From Candidatus Undinarchaeota archaeon (lineage in GTDB: Archaea; SpSt-1190; JASMDC01): 64,000 bases of DNA. Location of the stretch: positions 250,132 to 314,131 of the forward strand of contig CAZFHY010000001.1 in the NCBI GenBank assembly GCA_964519305.1. Direction: 5' to 3'. A program made the position numbers and the translations under genes. The notes below the pieces were generated by a model. It worked only from the letters and a program-made list of their open reading frames with translations, was not told the origin of the DNA and made no database searches. Of this stretch, positions 10,335 to 19,631 are shown in pieces. Each line of letters starts with the position of its first letter. Position 1 is the first letter of the stretch.

Positions 10335-11408
10335 ATGAGCACACAGTTACGCATCGTCCGACTCGGCGAAGTGAGCGCCCTGCGCTCCCAGGCAGTATAC
10401 CATGCAGTGGCCGAGATGGCCCGAGAGGGTGATGCGCCGACGCTGCTGGTGCTCTCGCCCTCGGAGCCCTACGTGTGCGTGGGCTGGCACCAGGACGTTG
10501 AGGTCGAGGTGGACCTCGAGACCTGCCGCCAGGCCGGGTACCCGGTGTACCGTCGCCAGGTTGGCGGCGGGGCCGTGTTCCTGGACGGGGGACAGGCGTT
10601 CTTCCAGCTGGTATATCCGCCAGGGACCGTATCCGGACGGGTTGATACGCTCTATCGCCCGGTGCTCGAAGCGGCAGCGGCCGTGTACAAGGGGTATGGC
10701 GTCGACGCGTCCTTCCGGCCGGTGAACGACCTTATCGCCGGTGCACGGAAGATATGCGGTGCGGGCGCGGCCCGTGTCGGCGACGCCCAGGTAGTCGTCG
10801 GGAACATTATTAGGAGCTTCGACCACGACGCCATGGCATCCGTGCTCCGTGTGCCTGACGAGAAGTTCCGGGACAAGCTGGTCACCACCATGCGCGCGTA
10901 CGTATCGTCGCTGGAGGGTGAGACTGGTATAAAGCCACCACGGGAGGATGTCGAGGCGGCCATCGCCCAGGTATTCCCCCGGGAGCTGGGGATGGAGGCC
11001 GTCGACGGTGAGCTCACCGAGCGCGAACTGTCAGCGGTAGAAACGTGGGAGGAACGCATCCAGAGCCAAGAGTGGACCTTCCAAGGAGGGTTCACGCCCG
11101 AACACAGGCGTGTGCGCATCGCCACGGACGTGCATGTCGTTGAAGCCCGTCATAAAGCACCCGGCGGTCTGCTGCGAGCAGCCATGGTGCTGGAGAATGA
11201 TCTGATCAGCTCGGTCGCGCTGTCCGGGGACGTGTTCGTGACGCCTAGCGATGCTCTTACGCAGCTGGAGACATCGCTGGCGGACCAAACCCTGAACGAG
11301 GATGCCATCAGGAAGGTGGCGGACTTGTGGCTGGCCGGTGTTAACGCTCCAGGTGTCACTCGTGACGACGTCGTCACACTGGTGATGGGAGCGAAAGGCA
11401 GAGAGTGA
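10335..11408 (+). CDS. lplA: Lipoate-protein ligase A family protein
   Basis: RRQVGGGAVFLD, PVNDL...RKICG, C-terminal HKAPGGLLR domain; GGAGGTG upstream. Confidence 0.9.
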   Translation: MSTQLRIVRLGEVSALRSQAVYHAVAEMAREGDAPTLLVLSPSEPYVCVGWHQDVEVEVDLETCRQAGYPVYRRQVGGGAVFLDGGQAFFQLVYPPGTVSGRVDTLYRPVLEAAAAVYKGYGVDASFRPVNDLIAGARKICGAGAARVGDAQVVVGNIIRSFDHDAMASVLRVPDEKFRDKLVTTMRAYVSSLEGETGIKPPREDVEAAIAQVFPRELGMEAVDGELTERELSAVETWEERIQSQEWTFQGGFTPEHRRVRIATDVHVVEARHKAPGGLLRAAMVLENDLISSVALSGDVFVTPSDALTQLETSLADQTLNEDAIRKVADLWLAGVNAPGVTRDDVVTLVMGAKGRE

Positions 11409-11411
11409 AGC

Positions 11412-13571
11412 CTATAAGACCGGCTCAACTATCATGAGCTGGTAATGTTTCAGTTCCTTCTCGAACACCTCACCGACGTCCTCGGTCGTGTCATGGACCC
11501 GCCTTCCATCCCCGCCGAAGATGACGATCCTCGCCTTCGAGGGAGCACCGGGGAGCTTGACGGAGACCGTCGTGTCCTCGGCCGCGAGGAACGCTGAACG
11601 CTCCTTTCCCACGACGATGTGTGAGAAGGTCGGGCCCTGTAGCGTATCCTCAAGCTGGTTGGCCAGGACGTAGGTCATATCCAGATGGAGGTTGTTCCCG
11701 TTGACCAGATACTTGTCGTCCTTGGTCACGAGCAGCGCATGCTCGGCCCCGCCCAACATGCCTGAGAGGACGACCTCCGAACCCACGTTCTCGGTGTGGA
11801 TGCTGCACAGGTCGTAAGGCGGAAGCCCCTTGAACCTGACCTGGTCCCCGCCGTACTCCACCGTAGCAGGAAGGTCCGGGTGGGACGTGTAATCGGTGGT
11901 GATCTTGAAGTACTCCATCACCGTGTTCCAGCCCGGTGCGTCCGGGATGTCATATGCTTGTTGGAGGACCACTGGCACATCGCCCTGGAGCAGTGCAGTT
12001 ATCGCCGGAGAGAGGTCATGGGCCGGGAGCGGCTTGCCCTCTAGAGCCTCGACCGCCTCGTCCGAGGGCTCTCCCGTGGGATCGTCGCAGGCAGCCCGGT
12101 AGTAGGCCCTGCAGTACTCCTCGTCACCGGTACCTTCGCCACACTCGGTGTCGGCCCGCCAGTTCCGGTAGCAGGCCTTCGTGCTCGTGGAGAACACATA
12201 GTAGAGGTCGGCCTCTGCCAGCGGTTCCCAGCTCACAGAGATGTCGTAGCCGCTCGCTTTCAGTGCGTTGACCGCAACGCTGATGCCCCGCGCTGTAGCC
12301 TGATAGACCTGGCCCTCAGAGATTGGCTCCGGCATGTCGATGACCAGGTTGGCCACGGACTTGTCCTCAGGCGTCCTCCGGAGCTCAAGGATGTCCTTGC
12401 CCATGTCCTCCATAAAGTTGAATGGAGGGTCCACGAGCCTGGGGTACAGCTCCTCAGTCCAGACGAAGAGGAAATAGCCCCACAGGTCGGGGTACTGGAC
12501 GGTCTTGTAGAGGAATATGTTCTTCTCGAACCCTGCCATGTCGAACGGGAAGCCCCAGCCAACGGCCGCCGTGATCATGGAGGGCTTGCCGTGTCGCCGA
12601 GCGATGCCGTGGATGACGTCGTGGGCCTCCAGATCGCCGAACCGCTCTGCGAACTCGGTGGCATCCGGTGTGTAGAACGAATAGGCGTAGCTGTTGTGGA
12701 CGGCGCCGTGCCCCTTAGGCTGTACACCACCGGCATGGAAGTACATGGAGCCCAGTTCGGTCGCCTTGGCCTCGATAGCGTCGACGTACTCGTCTGCGAA
12801 CGCCTCGGAGTAGACCGCCATTATCTTGTAGCCGGTTATCAGCTCCTCCACGAGCGCCTCCATGTCCTCCACGCTCATCATGTTGGGTATCTCCTCGCCC
12901 GTCGCGGGATCGGTGGTGACCTCGACCTTTCCGGGAGCGTTGATGTTCCGGTGCGCGATGGTCTCGAGGTTGATGATGACAGGGATGCCCCGCTGCTCGG
13001 CCTCCTCGGTGATGACCGCAAGATGGTCCCCGTCCATGGGGGTCCACTTCCGTTCCCTGAGGATCGTGGAGGTCGACATGTACTTCTGGTCGAGCGTCGG
13101 GACCTCTACCAGTATCATGTTGTACCCCTGGTCCTGGATGTAGTCGAAGATGGGGCCCACGTTCTCGCTGAGCTCTTCGAACGTATCGACGCTGTACTCT
13201 TCAGGCCAGGCCTCCCAGTAGAAGAGGAAGTAGGGAACAGGACCCTCGTCCGGTGGGATGGTCGGAGCAGGCGTGGGCTCTTCGGCCGGTGTAGGCTCTG
13301 GCTCCTCGGTCGGCTCGGGTGTTGGAACCTCTGTCGGTTCAGGTGAAGGCTCCCCCGTAGGTCCTTGTGAGGGTATCTGCGTGGGCGTCGGTGGCTCCTC
13401 GGTGGGCGCTGGCGCCACCTCCGTGGGTACCGGCTCCGGTGCTTCAGTGGGAGCAGGCCCGGGGGCCTCGGTGGGCGCGGGAGGGGCATCATCTCCTCCG
13501 GTACATCCCATGAGGGCGACGGTCAGTGCCATCAGTAGAACGATGATGCTAAGGCGGCTCCTTGGTCCCAT
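11412..13571 (-). CDS. Large lipoprotein with a Pro/Thr/Glu stalk and a possible glycoside-hydrolase-like domain
   Basis: Lipobox ALMGC and PTE-rich linker. Segments GYNMILVEV / EEAEQRGIPVII resemble GH-like TIM barrels (inference). Confidence 0.75.
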   Translation of the reverse strand: MGPRSRLSIIVLLMALTVALMGCTGGDDAPPAPTEAPGPAPTEAPEPVPTEVAPAPTEEPPTPTQIPSQGPTGEPSPEPTEVPTPEPTEEPEPTPAEEPTPAPTIPPDEGPVPYFLFYWEAWPEEYSVDTFEELSENVGPIFDYIQDQGYNMILVEVPTLDQKYMSTSTILRERKWTPMDGDHLAVITEEAEQRGIPVIINLETIAHRNINAPGKVEVTTDPATGEEIPNMMSVEDMEALVEELITGYKIMAVYSEAFADEYVDAIEAKATELGSMYFHAGGVQPKGHGAVHNSYAYSFYTPDATEFAERFGDLEAHDVIHGIARRHGKPSMITAAVGWGFPFDMAGFEKNIFLYKTVQYPDLWGYFLFVWTEELYPRLVDPPFNFMEDMGKDILELRRTPEDKSVANLVIDMPEPISEGQVYQATARGISVAVNALKASGYDISVSWEPLAEADLYYVFSTSTKACYRNWRADTECGEGTGDEEYCRAYYRAACDDPTGEPSDEAVEALEGKPLPAHDLSPAITALLQGDVPVVLQQAYDIPDAPGWNTVMEYFKITTDYTSHPDLPATVEYGGDQVRFKGLPPYDLCSIHTENVGSEVVLSGMLGGAEHALLVTKDDKYLVNGNNLHLDMTYVLANQLEDTLQGPTFSHIVVGKERSAFLAAEDTTVSVKLPGAPSKARIVIFGGDGRRVHDTTEDVGEVFEKELKHYQLMIVEPVL
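13262..13490 (-). repeat. Coding low-complexity PTE(A/E/V)P repeats
   Basis: APTEAPGPAPTEAPEPVPTEVAPAPTEEP...EPTEVPTPEPTEEPEPT. Confidence 0.8.
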
Positions 13572-13628
13572 GGTGCCGGTGACGTCCGCTCGTTTTTTTA
13601 AATGGAACGCCACGGGCGTATACGGTAT

Positions 13629-14096
13629 CTATACCCGTTCTTGTTCCTTCTTCTGCACGATGTACAGGTAGCTGTCTATGATCTCGGTGCTGTCCTCGGT
13701 CCGGAAGAGGTACACGAAGCTCTGGCTCTCTCCAACGTCCTTGGGGGACCAGATGGAGGAAGTGGCACCGGGCAGGGCGAACCGCTTCCCGAACACCGAG
13801 TACGTCTTATCCACACGTAACTCCTTGTCCGTCTCCTTGAACCGGTAGCCGTGCATCTCCGCCGCCTCGGCGAGGGCCCCGGTGTCAAGGTCGTTGACGA
13901 GGAGCATGTCCAGAGCGGTGTCGCCGACCCGGTTGTTCCCGAGGGTGTCGAACGTCACCATCGCGATACCGCCCGGTTCGTCCTTCCCCATGTTCGTGGG
14001 GAACACCATCTTCGAGCTCCGGTCGGTCGGGTCCCTGCTACCCTCGTACATACCGATCATACCGGCATAGTCCGTCGCGTCCTCGATGTCGTACAT
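13629..14096 (-). CDS. Hypothetical protein
   Basis: Acidic ORF; AGGAG SD overlaps the upstream TAG. Confidence 0.7.
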   Translation of the reverse strand: MYDIEDATDYAGMIGMYEGSRDPTDRSSKMVFPTNMGKDEPGGIAMVTFDTLGNNRVGDTALDMLLVNDLDTGALAEAAEMHGYRFKETDKELRVDKTYSVFGKRFALPGATSSIWSPKDVGESQSFVYLFRTEDSTEIIDSYLYIVQKKEQERV

Positions 14097-14108
14097 GGTC
14101 AACAACTC

Positions 14109-14510
14109 CTAGATATCGTACTCTGTCTCGAGCACACCGTCCCACAGCTCGTGGGTGGCGGACGAGGTGAAGTGCATGTTCAAGGCCAGCCCCGTGTCGT
14201 ACCTGGCATAGCCAGCGGGATCGTCCCGGGCCTGCCCGGGATACTTCTCCGGATGGGCGGCTATGTCCTCCGCATAGCCGTGGAGGAAGCTTTCGGCCTC
14301 GTCCTTGTCGTCGATGGTCCTGATGGCATAGATGACGATGTCCTCGAGCAGCTTACCGGTCTCCTGGTCGGTGAGCCGAGCCTGCAGCTGTTGGTACTTG
14401 TTCCCGCCAGCGGCAGCTACCTCCTCCTCGAGCTCCTTGCGAGCCTTGATCTTTTCGAAGATGCCATACCACGCGTCCGGTATCCTGCTCTCGCCATCGT
14501 CAGCGTCCAT
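14109..14510 (-). CDS. Hypothetical protein
   Basis: Acidic, helical ORF; ATTTAAGAA about 25 nt upstream. Confidence 0.7.
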   Translation of the reverse strand: MDADDGESRIPDAWYGIFEKIKARKELEEEVAAAGGNKYQQLQARLTDQETGKLLEDIVIYAIRTIDDKDEAESFLHGYAEDIAAHPEKYPGQARDDPAGYARYDTGLALNMHFTSSATHELWDGVLETEYDI

Positions 14511-14609
14511 GGCGGTCGAACGCCCAGGATTTGGTTCTTAAATCTGGACTTGGGGGCGGGCGGTCCCGGAATCCCAATCCATTAAAAGGAAAGGGTCCAC
14601 AGGGAGTCC

Positions 14610-15320
14610 ATGTCTGGCAGCGGTCCGGGCCTGTTCAGGGCACTGAAGCGAGCAGCGGGGATGGAGTCGACAAGCGCTGGCCCGGGCGCCGGTGGTCAGG
14701 ACATGAGCGCCATCGGTCTCTACCACACAAGCACGAAGATCGGCGACATGTCGTTCCAGACCGTGAAGGACGTCGCGTCGTTCAAAGGAAAGGTCCTTCT
14801 CATCGTGAAGCCCAAGAAACCGCTCGGTCAGGCTGAGGTGCAGGCCATCGTCCAGCGGGTCCAGAACGGTCTTGGTGTCCTCCTCGTCGGCGACGGTGGT
14901 GAGGACAACTCGAACCTCAATCCGCTCGCAATCTGGTTCGGTGTGCAGTTCAACAACGACATCGTCTCTTCTTTCGACAAGATGGGGGCCACGACCAACA
15001 CGGGATACACCTATGCCCGGGAGCACGCCATCACCGAACCACTCCATATCTACACTATCGACAAGAGCTGTTCGCTCCGGTTGCGGGACTGGAACCGTCA
15101 GGTCCTGTTGTTCTCCAGTCAGGTGAGCTTCTCGGACGTGGACGGTAACGAGGCCTGGGACAACGGTGAGTACCTCGGCTCGTGCGCGGTGATGGCACAG
15201 GCGGAGTACGGACGGGGACGAGCCGTCTTCATCGGTGACGCTATCATGTTCGAGCGACGCAAGCCTAACGACATGATGCTCCTGAACCTGGTCGCCAAGT
15301 GGCTCGGTCAGGAGATGTGA
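14610..15320 (+). CDS. GldG/IFT52 (GIFT, DUF4350-like) domain protein
   Basis: VLLIVKP...EVQAIVQRVQNGLGVLLVGD, NLNPL, GRAVFIGD, LNLVAKWL; paralogue of 53758-54492. Confidence 0.75.
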   Translation: MSGSGPGLFRALKRAAGMESTSAGPGAGGQDMSAIGLYHTSTKIGDMSFQTVKDVASFKGKVLLIVKPKKPLGQAEVQAIVQRVQNGLGVLLVGDGGEDNSNLNPLAIWFGVQFNNDIVSSFDKMGATTNTGYTYAREHAITEPLHIYTIDKSCSLRLRDWNRQVLLFSSQVSFSDVDGNEAWDNGEYLGSCAVMAQAEYGRGRAVFIGDAIMFERRKPNDMMLLNLVAKWLGQEM

Positions 15321-15352
15321 TAATACTGGTTTCTCCAATCTAGATTACTATT

Positions 15353-15376
15353 GGTACTAAAGCATGTTTTAGTACC
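15353..15376. terminator. AT-rich inverted repeat between convergent genes
   Basis: GGTACTAAA-GCATGT-TTTAGTACC. Confidence 0.45.
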
Positions 15377-15412
15377 CATCAGTCTTTCGCGCCCTGTGGC
15401 GCCTACTGCTGT

Positions 15413-15682
15413 TCAGCAGTCGTAGAACCAGCCGCCGACAGCGCCTACTCCCGCGAGCCCGACCTCCATGGCGTAGTCCACGGTCTGCAGCTCGGCGTCG
15501 GTGAGGTACGCTATCTTCTCGTCGATCCCGGTGTAATGGGTGATGAGCATTCCTAGCCCGTAGCCGACCAGACCGCCAGCGGCGACCTCCAATACGCGCA
15601 TATCCTCGGCAGCGGCGTACCCGGTAGTTGAAGCGGCCTCTGAGGTCCCGATGGTGTCAAGCTCGATGTCCATGATGATCAT
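15413..15682 (-). CDS. Small glycine-zipper-like membrane protein
   Basis: Two Gly-rich hydrophobic segments, AAGGLVGYGLG and GLAGVGAVGG; start codon uncertain. Confidence 0.6.
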   Translation of the reverse strand: MIIMDIELDTIGTSEAASTTGYAAAEDMRVLEVAAGGLVGYGLGMLITHYTGIDEKIAYLTDAELQTVDYAMEVGLAGVGAVGGWFYDC

Positions 15683-15798
15683 CCTTGATGTGCGCAACGG
15701 GCATGGGGGCGCGTTTAAGAATGTTTGCCCGACTCGGAGCGTGCTACCTGCGTCGCCGATATGCATCCTTTAATTATTGACGGTCCTTCTTCTGGACG

Positions 15799-17757
15799 AT
15801 GGAAGATACGTCGAACGCACCATCCATCTGGCATCATCTGATCACCGCCGTGGGCTTCGTTGTGATGACCTTGGGATTGGCGTCCTCGGTCACCCTCTCC
15901 ATGCATGCTTGGATTAGGGTCGATCAACCGACCTCTATCCCGCTCGTACTGTGGTACTTCGCTCGACTCGATCCCCTCCTGATCCTCATGCTCACTGGAC
16001 CGGGAGCAGGGATCATCCTGTTCCAGCGCTGGCGGAACGGCCCCACCCGCTCCCACTTCAAGGTGGGTGTCGCTGTGACAGTCATCGGATTGCTACTTTC
16101 CACAGTATTCTTTGTACAGGCCGGAGCGCGGACCCCTCACGCTGAAGAATATCGTCTTTGGTTGTTGGATCTCGAACAGGATGACTGGGAACAATGGCAG
16201 ACCTCAGGGATACCGAGTGAGCACCAGGGTTTCATTCGTGAAGCGGAGGTCAGCATCGACCTGGATTTTCATGACGCTATGGAGAAGCTTCGGGACCATC
16301 AATCCTTGCTCAATAAGGGCGAGGGTGGTTTCTCCGCGAGAGGGCTCATGCTCTTCTTTATAGGCATAGTTGGGCTGTTCCTGGCGTTCATCAACCGCAC
16401 AGCTCGTGACATGGCCGAAGGTACGACTGGGGTGGAGGGCGGAGACCTCCCCGATGAGGTCCCTACGTCGGGCACCGTAGCGTCATCTCACGTGGAGAAC
16501 ACCTCTCTTTGGTATCCCGCCCTCACTATCGTTGGATGCGTGCTGATGACCATCGGGCTGTTCGCCGCATATTTCGTTGTACGCAATACCTTCAGCTCGC
16601 TATCGGAGATCTCCATACATACCGCTGTGCTAGACCTCGTTCTCGTCGTCCTGTTCGCCGGCCCGGGAGCGGGCCTCATCCTCTTCCAGGTCCGACGTCA
16701 AGGTCCCTCGAACATGTACATCAGGTACGGTGCCGCCGCTGGTATCATCGGATTGATGGCCGCCATGACGTTCTATCTAGCTGGTTGGGCGATGGCCGCT
16801 GACGCCAGTGAGTTCAATGCATTCGTGGTCGAACTGGACAAGGATGATTGGGAGCGGTGGCAGGTCTCGGGAGTCCCTCGGGAGTATGAAGACTATGTTC
16901 TCATCAAGGGCTTTCTGGGCACACACGATAACTATAACCATGCATTGAAGAGGCTCACAGAGCACCGGGATGAGCTGGTTAAGAGCAGAACGAGCCTTCT
17001 CGCCAGAGGGAGCTTCTGTCTGGCCATCGCCATATCCGGGCTTTTTCTGGCGGTAGCGAACTATGTAAACATGTCCAAGAGCGAAGGGCCGAGAGCAGAG
17101 GAAGAGAAGCGTACGCCCGCTCCCGAAACACCGACGGAGACCGTTCTGGCAGAAGAGTCCGCACAGCCCGCCGAAACACGGGAGAAGGTCGAAAAGGAGG
17201 TCGAGGCCCTTCCCCCCGAGAAGGAGAAAGAGGAGAAGGAAAAGGAGCCTCCCGCCAAGGCCCCGGTGGCCGAGACTGCACCCCCCTCCTCATCCGCAAG
17301 TGGGGGCAACACCCCTCTAATCGCTGCAGGTCTGATCATCGCGATCCTTGCGATAGTGTACCTGTCGGGCATGACCGGTCCGTCACACCCGGGCCCGCAC
17401 GGCAAGGTCGTCTCCTGGGAGCCCTCCACGTTCACACTCAACACGCCTTCCACGATCACCGCCACGTTCACCAACGACGGCACCGATAAGGGGACGTTCA
17501 TCATCTTCGGTCAGTTCGTAAAGAACCGCGTCATGCATGTTGCTCCGTCCACGGCGAAGTGGGAGAAGGAGGACCTTACCAAGACGGTGGACCTCGCTCC
17601 AGGAGAGGAGAAGACGATTAAAGCGTTCACCCTCACACCGAAAGAGCGACCTACGGGGGACTTCGGGTTCAGGGTGCGCATCTATCGCACTGACACCGCG
17701 GGCGAGCGGGAGAAAATTGAGGACAGTACAATCTACAAAGACGTGACTGTGTCCTGA
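15799..17757 (+). CDS. Polytopic membrane protein with an internal duplication and a C-terminal Ig-like domain
   Basis: Two ~200-aa homologous modules (GPGAG(I/L)ILFQ, DDWE-x-WQ-x-SG(I/V)P), a charged linker, a TM helix and a CARDB-like beta domain. Confidence 0.85.
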   Translation: MEDTSNAPSIWHHLITAVGFVVMTLGLASSVTLSMHAWIRVDQPTSIPLVLWYFARLDPLLILMLTGPGAGIILFQRWRNGPTRSHFKVGVAVTVIGLLLSTVFFVQAGARTPHAEEYRLWLLDLEQDDWEQWQTSGIPSEHQGFIREAEVSIDLDFHDAMEKLRDHQSLLNKGEGGFSARGLMLFFIGIVGLFLAFINRTARDMAEGTTGVEGGDLPDEVPTSGTVASSHVENTSLWYPALTIVGCVLMTIGLFAAYFVVRNTFSSLSEISIHTAVLDLVLVVLFAGPGAGLILFQVRRQGPSNMYIRYGAAAGIIGLMAAMTFYLAGWAMAADASEFNAFVVELDKDDWERWQVSGVPREYEDYVLIKGFLGTHDNYNHALKRLTEHRDELVKSRTSLLARGSFCLAIAISGLFLAVANYVNMSKSEGPRAEEEKRTPAPETPTETVLAEESAQPAETREKVEKEVEALPPEKEKEEKEKEPPAKAPVAETAPPSSSASGGNTPLIAAGLIIAILAIVYLSGMTGPSHPGPHGKVVSWEPSTFTLNTPSTITATFTNDGTDKGTFIIFGQFVKNRVMHVAPSTAKWEKEDLTKTVDLAPGEEKTIKAFTLTPKERPTGDFGFRVRIYRTDTAGEREKIEDSTIYKDVTVS

Positions 17758-17770
17758 CCAACGTTCCTGC

Positions 17771-18151
17771 CTAGAGGTACGCCGACCTGACCTGTCGGGA
17801 GTATTCCTTTCCCTCGGCCCTGATCGACACGGTGCAGGTGTAGTGCCGGGTGTCGATATTGTCCACTCTCAGGTCGGTCCCGATCGTGACGGCCTCGATG
17901 CTGTCCCGGGATATGTCCCTGTCCCCGATGGCCTTGGTGAACCAGTCCTGGTACATCACTATGGCCTCCATGACCACCTTTGAGCCAAGTCCAGAGGGTG
18001 TGATGCTCCCCTTCAGAAGATCGATCTCGAAGTGCCCCGTCAGCTCGGGAGGTCTGGACTCTATGTACTTCAGGAAACTGCGGTTCGTAACGCTCACGAA
18101 GCTGTCAGCAAGGTCGTATGCGATCCCTTTCAGTCGGATGATTTTCGCCAT
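17771..18151 (-). CDS. Hypothetical protein
   Basis: 126-aa ORF with protein-like composition filling the gap. Confidence 0.7.
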   Translation of the reverse strand: MAKIIRLKGIAYDLADSFVSVTNRSFLKYIESRPPELTGHFEIDLLKGSITPSGLGSKVVMEAIVMYQDWFTKAIGDRDISRDSIEAVTIGTDLRVDNIDTRHYTCTVSIRAEGKEYSRQVRSAYL

Positions 18152-18273
18152 GATACTTCCCCCGGATCCCCGAGGTCTGATCTACGGTCACATTCAAGAG
18201 ATTATCGCTGAGCGAACGCTCCGCCACACTCGGATATTTAATCATTGCACTCCGATCAACCTTCGGTGGTACC

Positions 18274-18453
18274 ATGACCCAGCGTGCCGTTCAAGGCCTT
18301 TTCAACGGGCTTTTCGCCCTTACCGACATCAGGTTCCTTCTCAGGGATACAAAACCTTCCTACTCTCTTGACGAGGAGCAGCAGAAGCTCGTCCGCTCGG
18401 CGCTCGAGAAGGTGAGACGTTCGGCGGACATCATCGAGGAGGAGCTCTTATGA
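18274..18453 (+). CDS. SepCysS small partner protein (SepCysSn-like), 59 aa, absent from the ORF track
   Basis: Translated by hand: MTQRAVQGLFNGLFALTDIRFLLRDTKPSYSLDEEQQKLVRSALEKVRRSADIIEEELL; ATGA overlap with pscS. Confidence 0.8.
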   Translation: MTQRAVQGLFNGLFALTDIRFLLRDTKPSYSLDEEQQKLVRSALEKVRRSADIIEEELL

Positions 18454-19631
18454 CCACCGTGTGCGAGGGCCTAGAGGCCCGGGCCCGCGAGGAGCTGTTC
18501 ATCAACATACAGCCCATCCAGGCTGCGGGCAGGCTCACATCCGACGCCATGAAGGCGCTCATCGCGTACGCTGACGGCTATTCAACATGCGACAACTGTC
18601 TCAAGCCCTTCCGTCTAGACAAGATCACAAGGCCGAACATCGCCGGGTTCCATGATGAGCTCGCCCGGTTCATCGGAGTGGACGTGGCGCGCGCGATGCC
18701 GGGTGCCCGGCGAGGGTTCCAGGCGACGTGCCACTCGCTCGTGAGACCCGGTGACGCGGTGCTGCTCTCTTCGCTGTGCCATTACTCGGAGCTGCTGGCG
18801 GTGGAGAGCGCCGGCGGCGTTCCCCGGGAGGTGCCGCTCGACGAGCATAATCTAATCACTGGCGATGCAGTTGCTGCTACGATCGCTGAGGTCGAAAAGG
18901 AGCTAGGTCGTCCCCCGGCGCTGGCCATGATCGACCAGGTCGACTATCTATTTGGAAACAGGCACGACATCGAGGGCGCTGCGAAGGCATGTCGCGAACA
19001 CAACATCCCTATCCTGTGCAACGGCGCTTACACTGTGGGCGTTATGCCCGTGGACGCCAAGGCGCTGGGTGTCGACCTCGTCACAGGTTCGGGGCACAAG
19101 TCCATGGCATCCCCGGCCCCGTCAGGTGTGCTGGGGGCCAACGGCGAGATCGCTGAGAAGGTGTTCCGCACCACCGCTATTGAGACCGACCGCACCAAGC
19201 GAAGGTTCGGTATCAAGGAAGTAGAGCTCCTGGGGTGCACTCTCATGGGGGGCAACATGCTCGCTATGATGGCATCGTTCCCCACTGTATGTGAGCGCGT
19301 CAAGAGCTGGGACGACGAGCTGGCAAAGGTCAACCACTTCTGCGAGCAGTTCATGCGCATCGATGGCAACCGTGTCCTCTCGGAGATGCCTCGCCGCCAC
19401 ACGCTCACCAAGGTGGACTCGACCGGCACGTTCGACAAGGTCGCCCAGACGCATAAGAAGAAGGGATTCTTCCTCACAAAGGAGTTGCGGAACCGTGGTA
19501 TCGTCGGTGTGTTCCCTGGCGCGACGCATGAGTGGAAGCTCAACACCTACGGACTCACATGGGACCAGGTGCGTCACGTGACCGATTCCTTCCTGGAGAT
19601 CGCGGAGAAGTACGGACTGCCCATCAACTAG
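18450..19631 (+). CDS. pscS: O-phosphoseryl-tRNA:Cys-tRNA synthase (SepCysS)
   Basis: INIQPIQAAGRL, DGYSTCDNC, PLP motif GSGHKS, KEVELLGCT, KLNTYGL. Confidence 0.96.
   Translation: MTTVCEGLEARAREELFINIQPIQAAGRLTSDAMKALIAYADGYSTCDNCLKPFRLDKITRPNIAGFHDELARFIGVDVARAMPGARRGFQATCHSLVRPGDAVLLSSLCHYSELLAVESAGGVPREVPLDEHNLITGDAVAATIAEVEKELGRPPALAMIDQVDYLFGNRHDIEGAAKACREHNIPILCNGAYTVGVMPVDAKALGVDLVTGSGHKSMASPAPSGVLGANGEIAEKVFRTTAIETDRTKRRFGIKEVELLGCTLMGGNMLAMMASFPTVCERVKSWDDELAKVNHFCEQFMRIDGNRVLSEMPRRHTLTKVDSTGTFDKVAQTHKKKGFFLTKELRNRGIVGVFPGATHEWKLNTYGLTWDQVRHVTDSFLEIAEKYGLPIN

Noticed and set aside
13629-14510. Two ORFs in the same frame separated by a single TAG (possible pyrrolysine readthrough or nonsense mutation)
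   Set aside because: The TAG overlaps an AGGAG Shine-Dalgarno placed 9 nt before ATG 14096, which fits an ordinary two-gene operon. No pyl genes are in the window. A full-length homologue would reopen the question.
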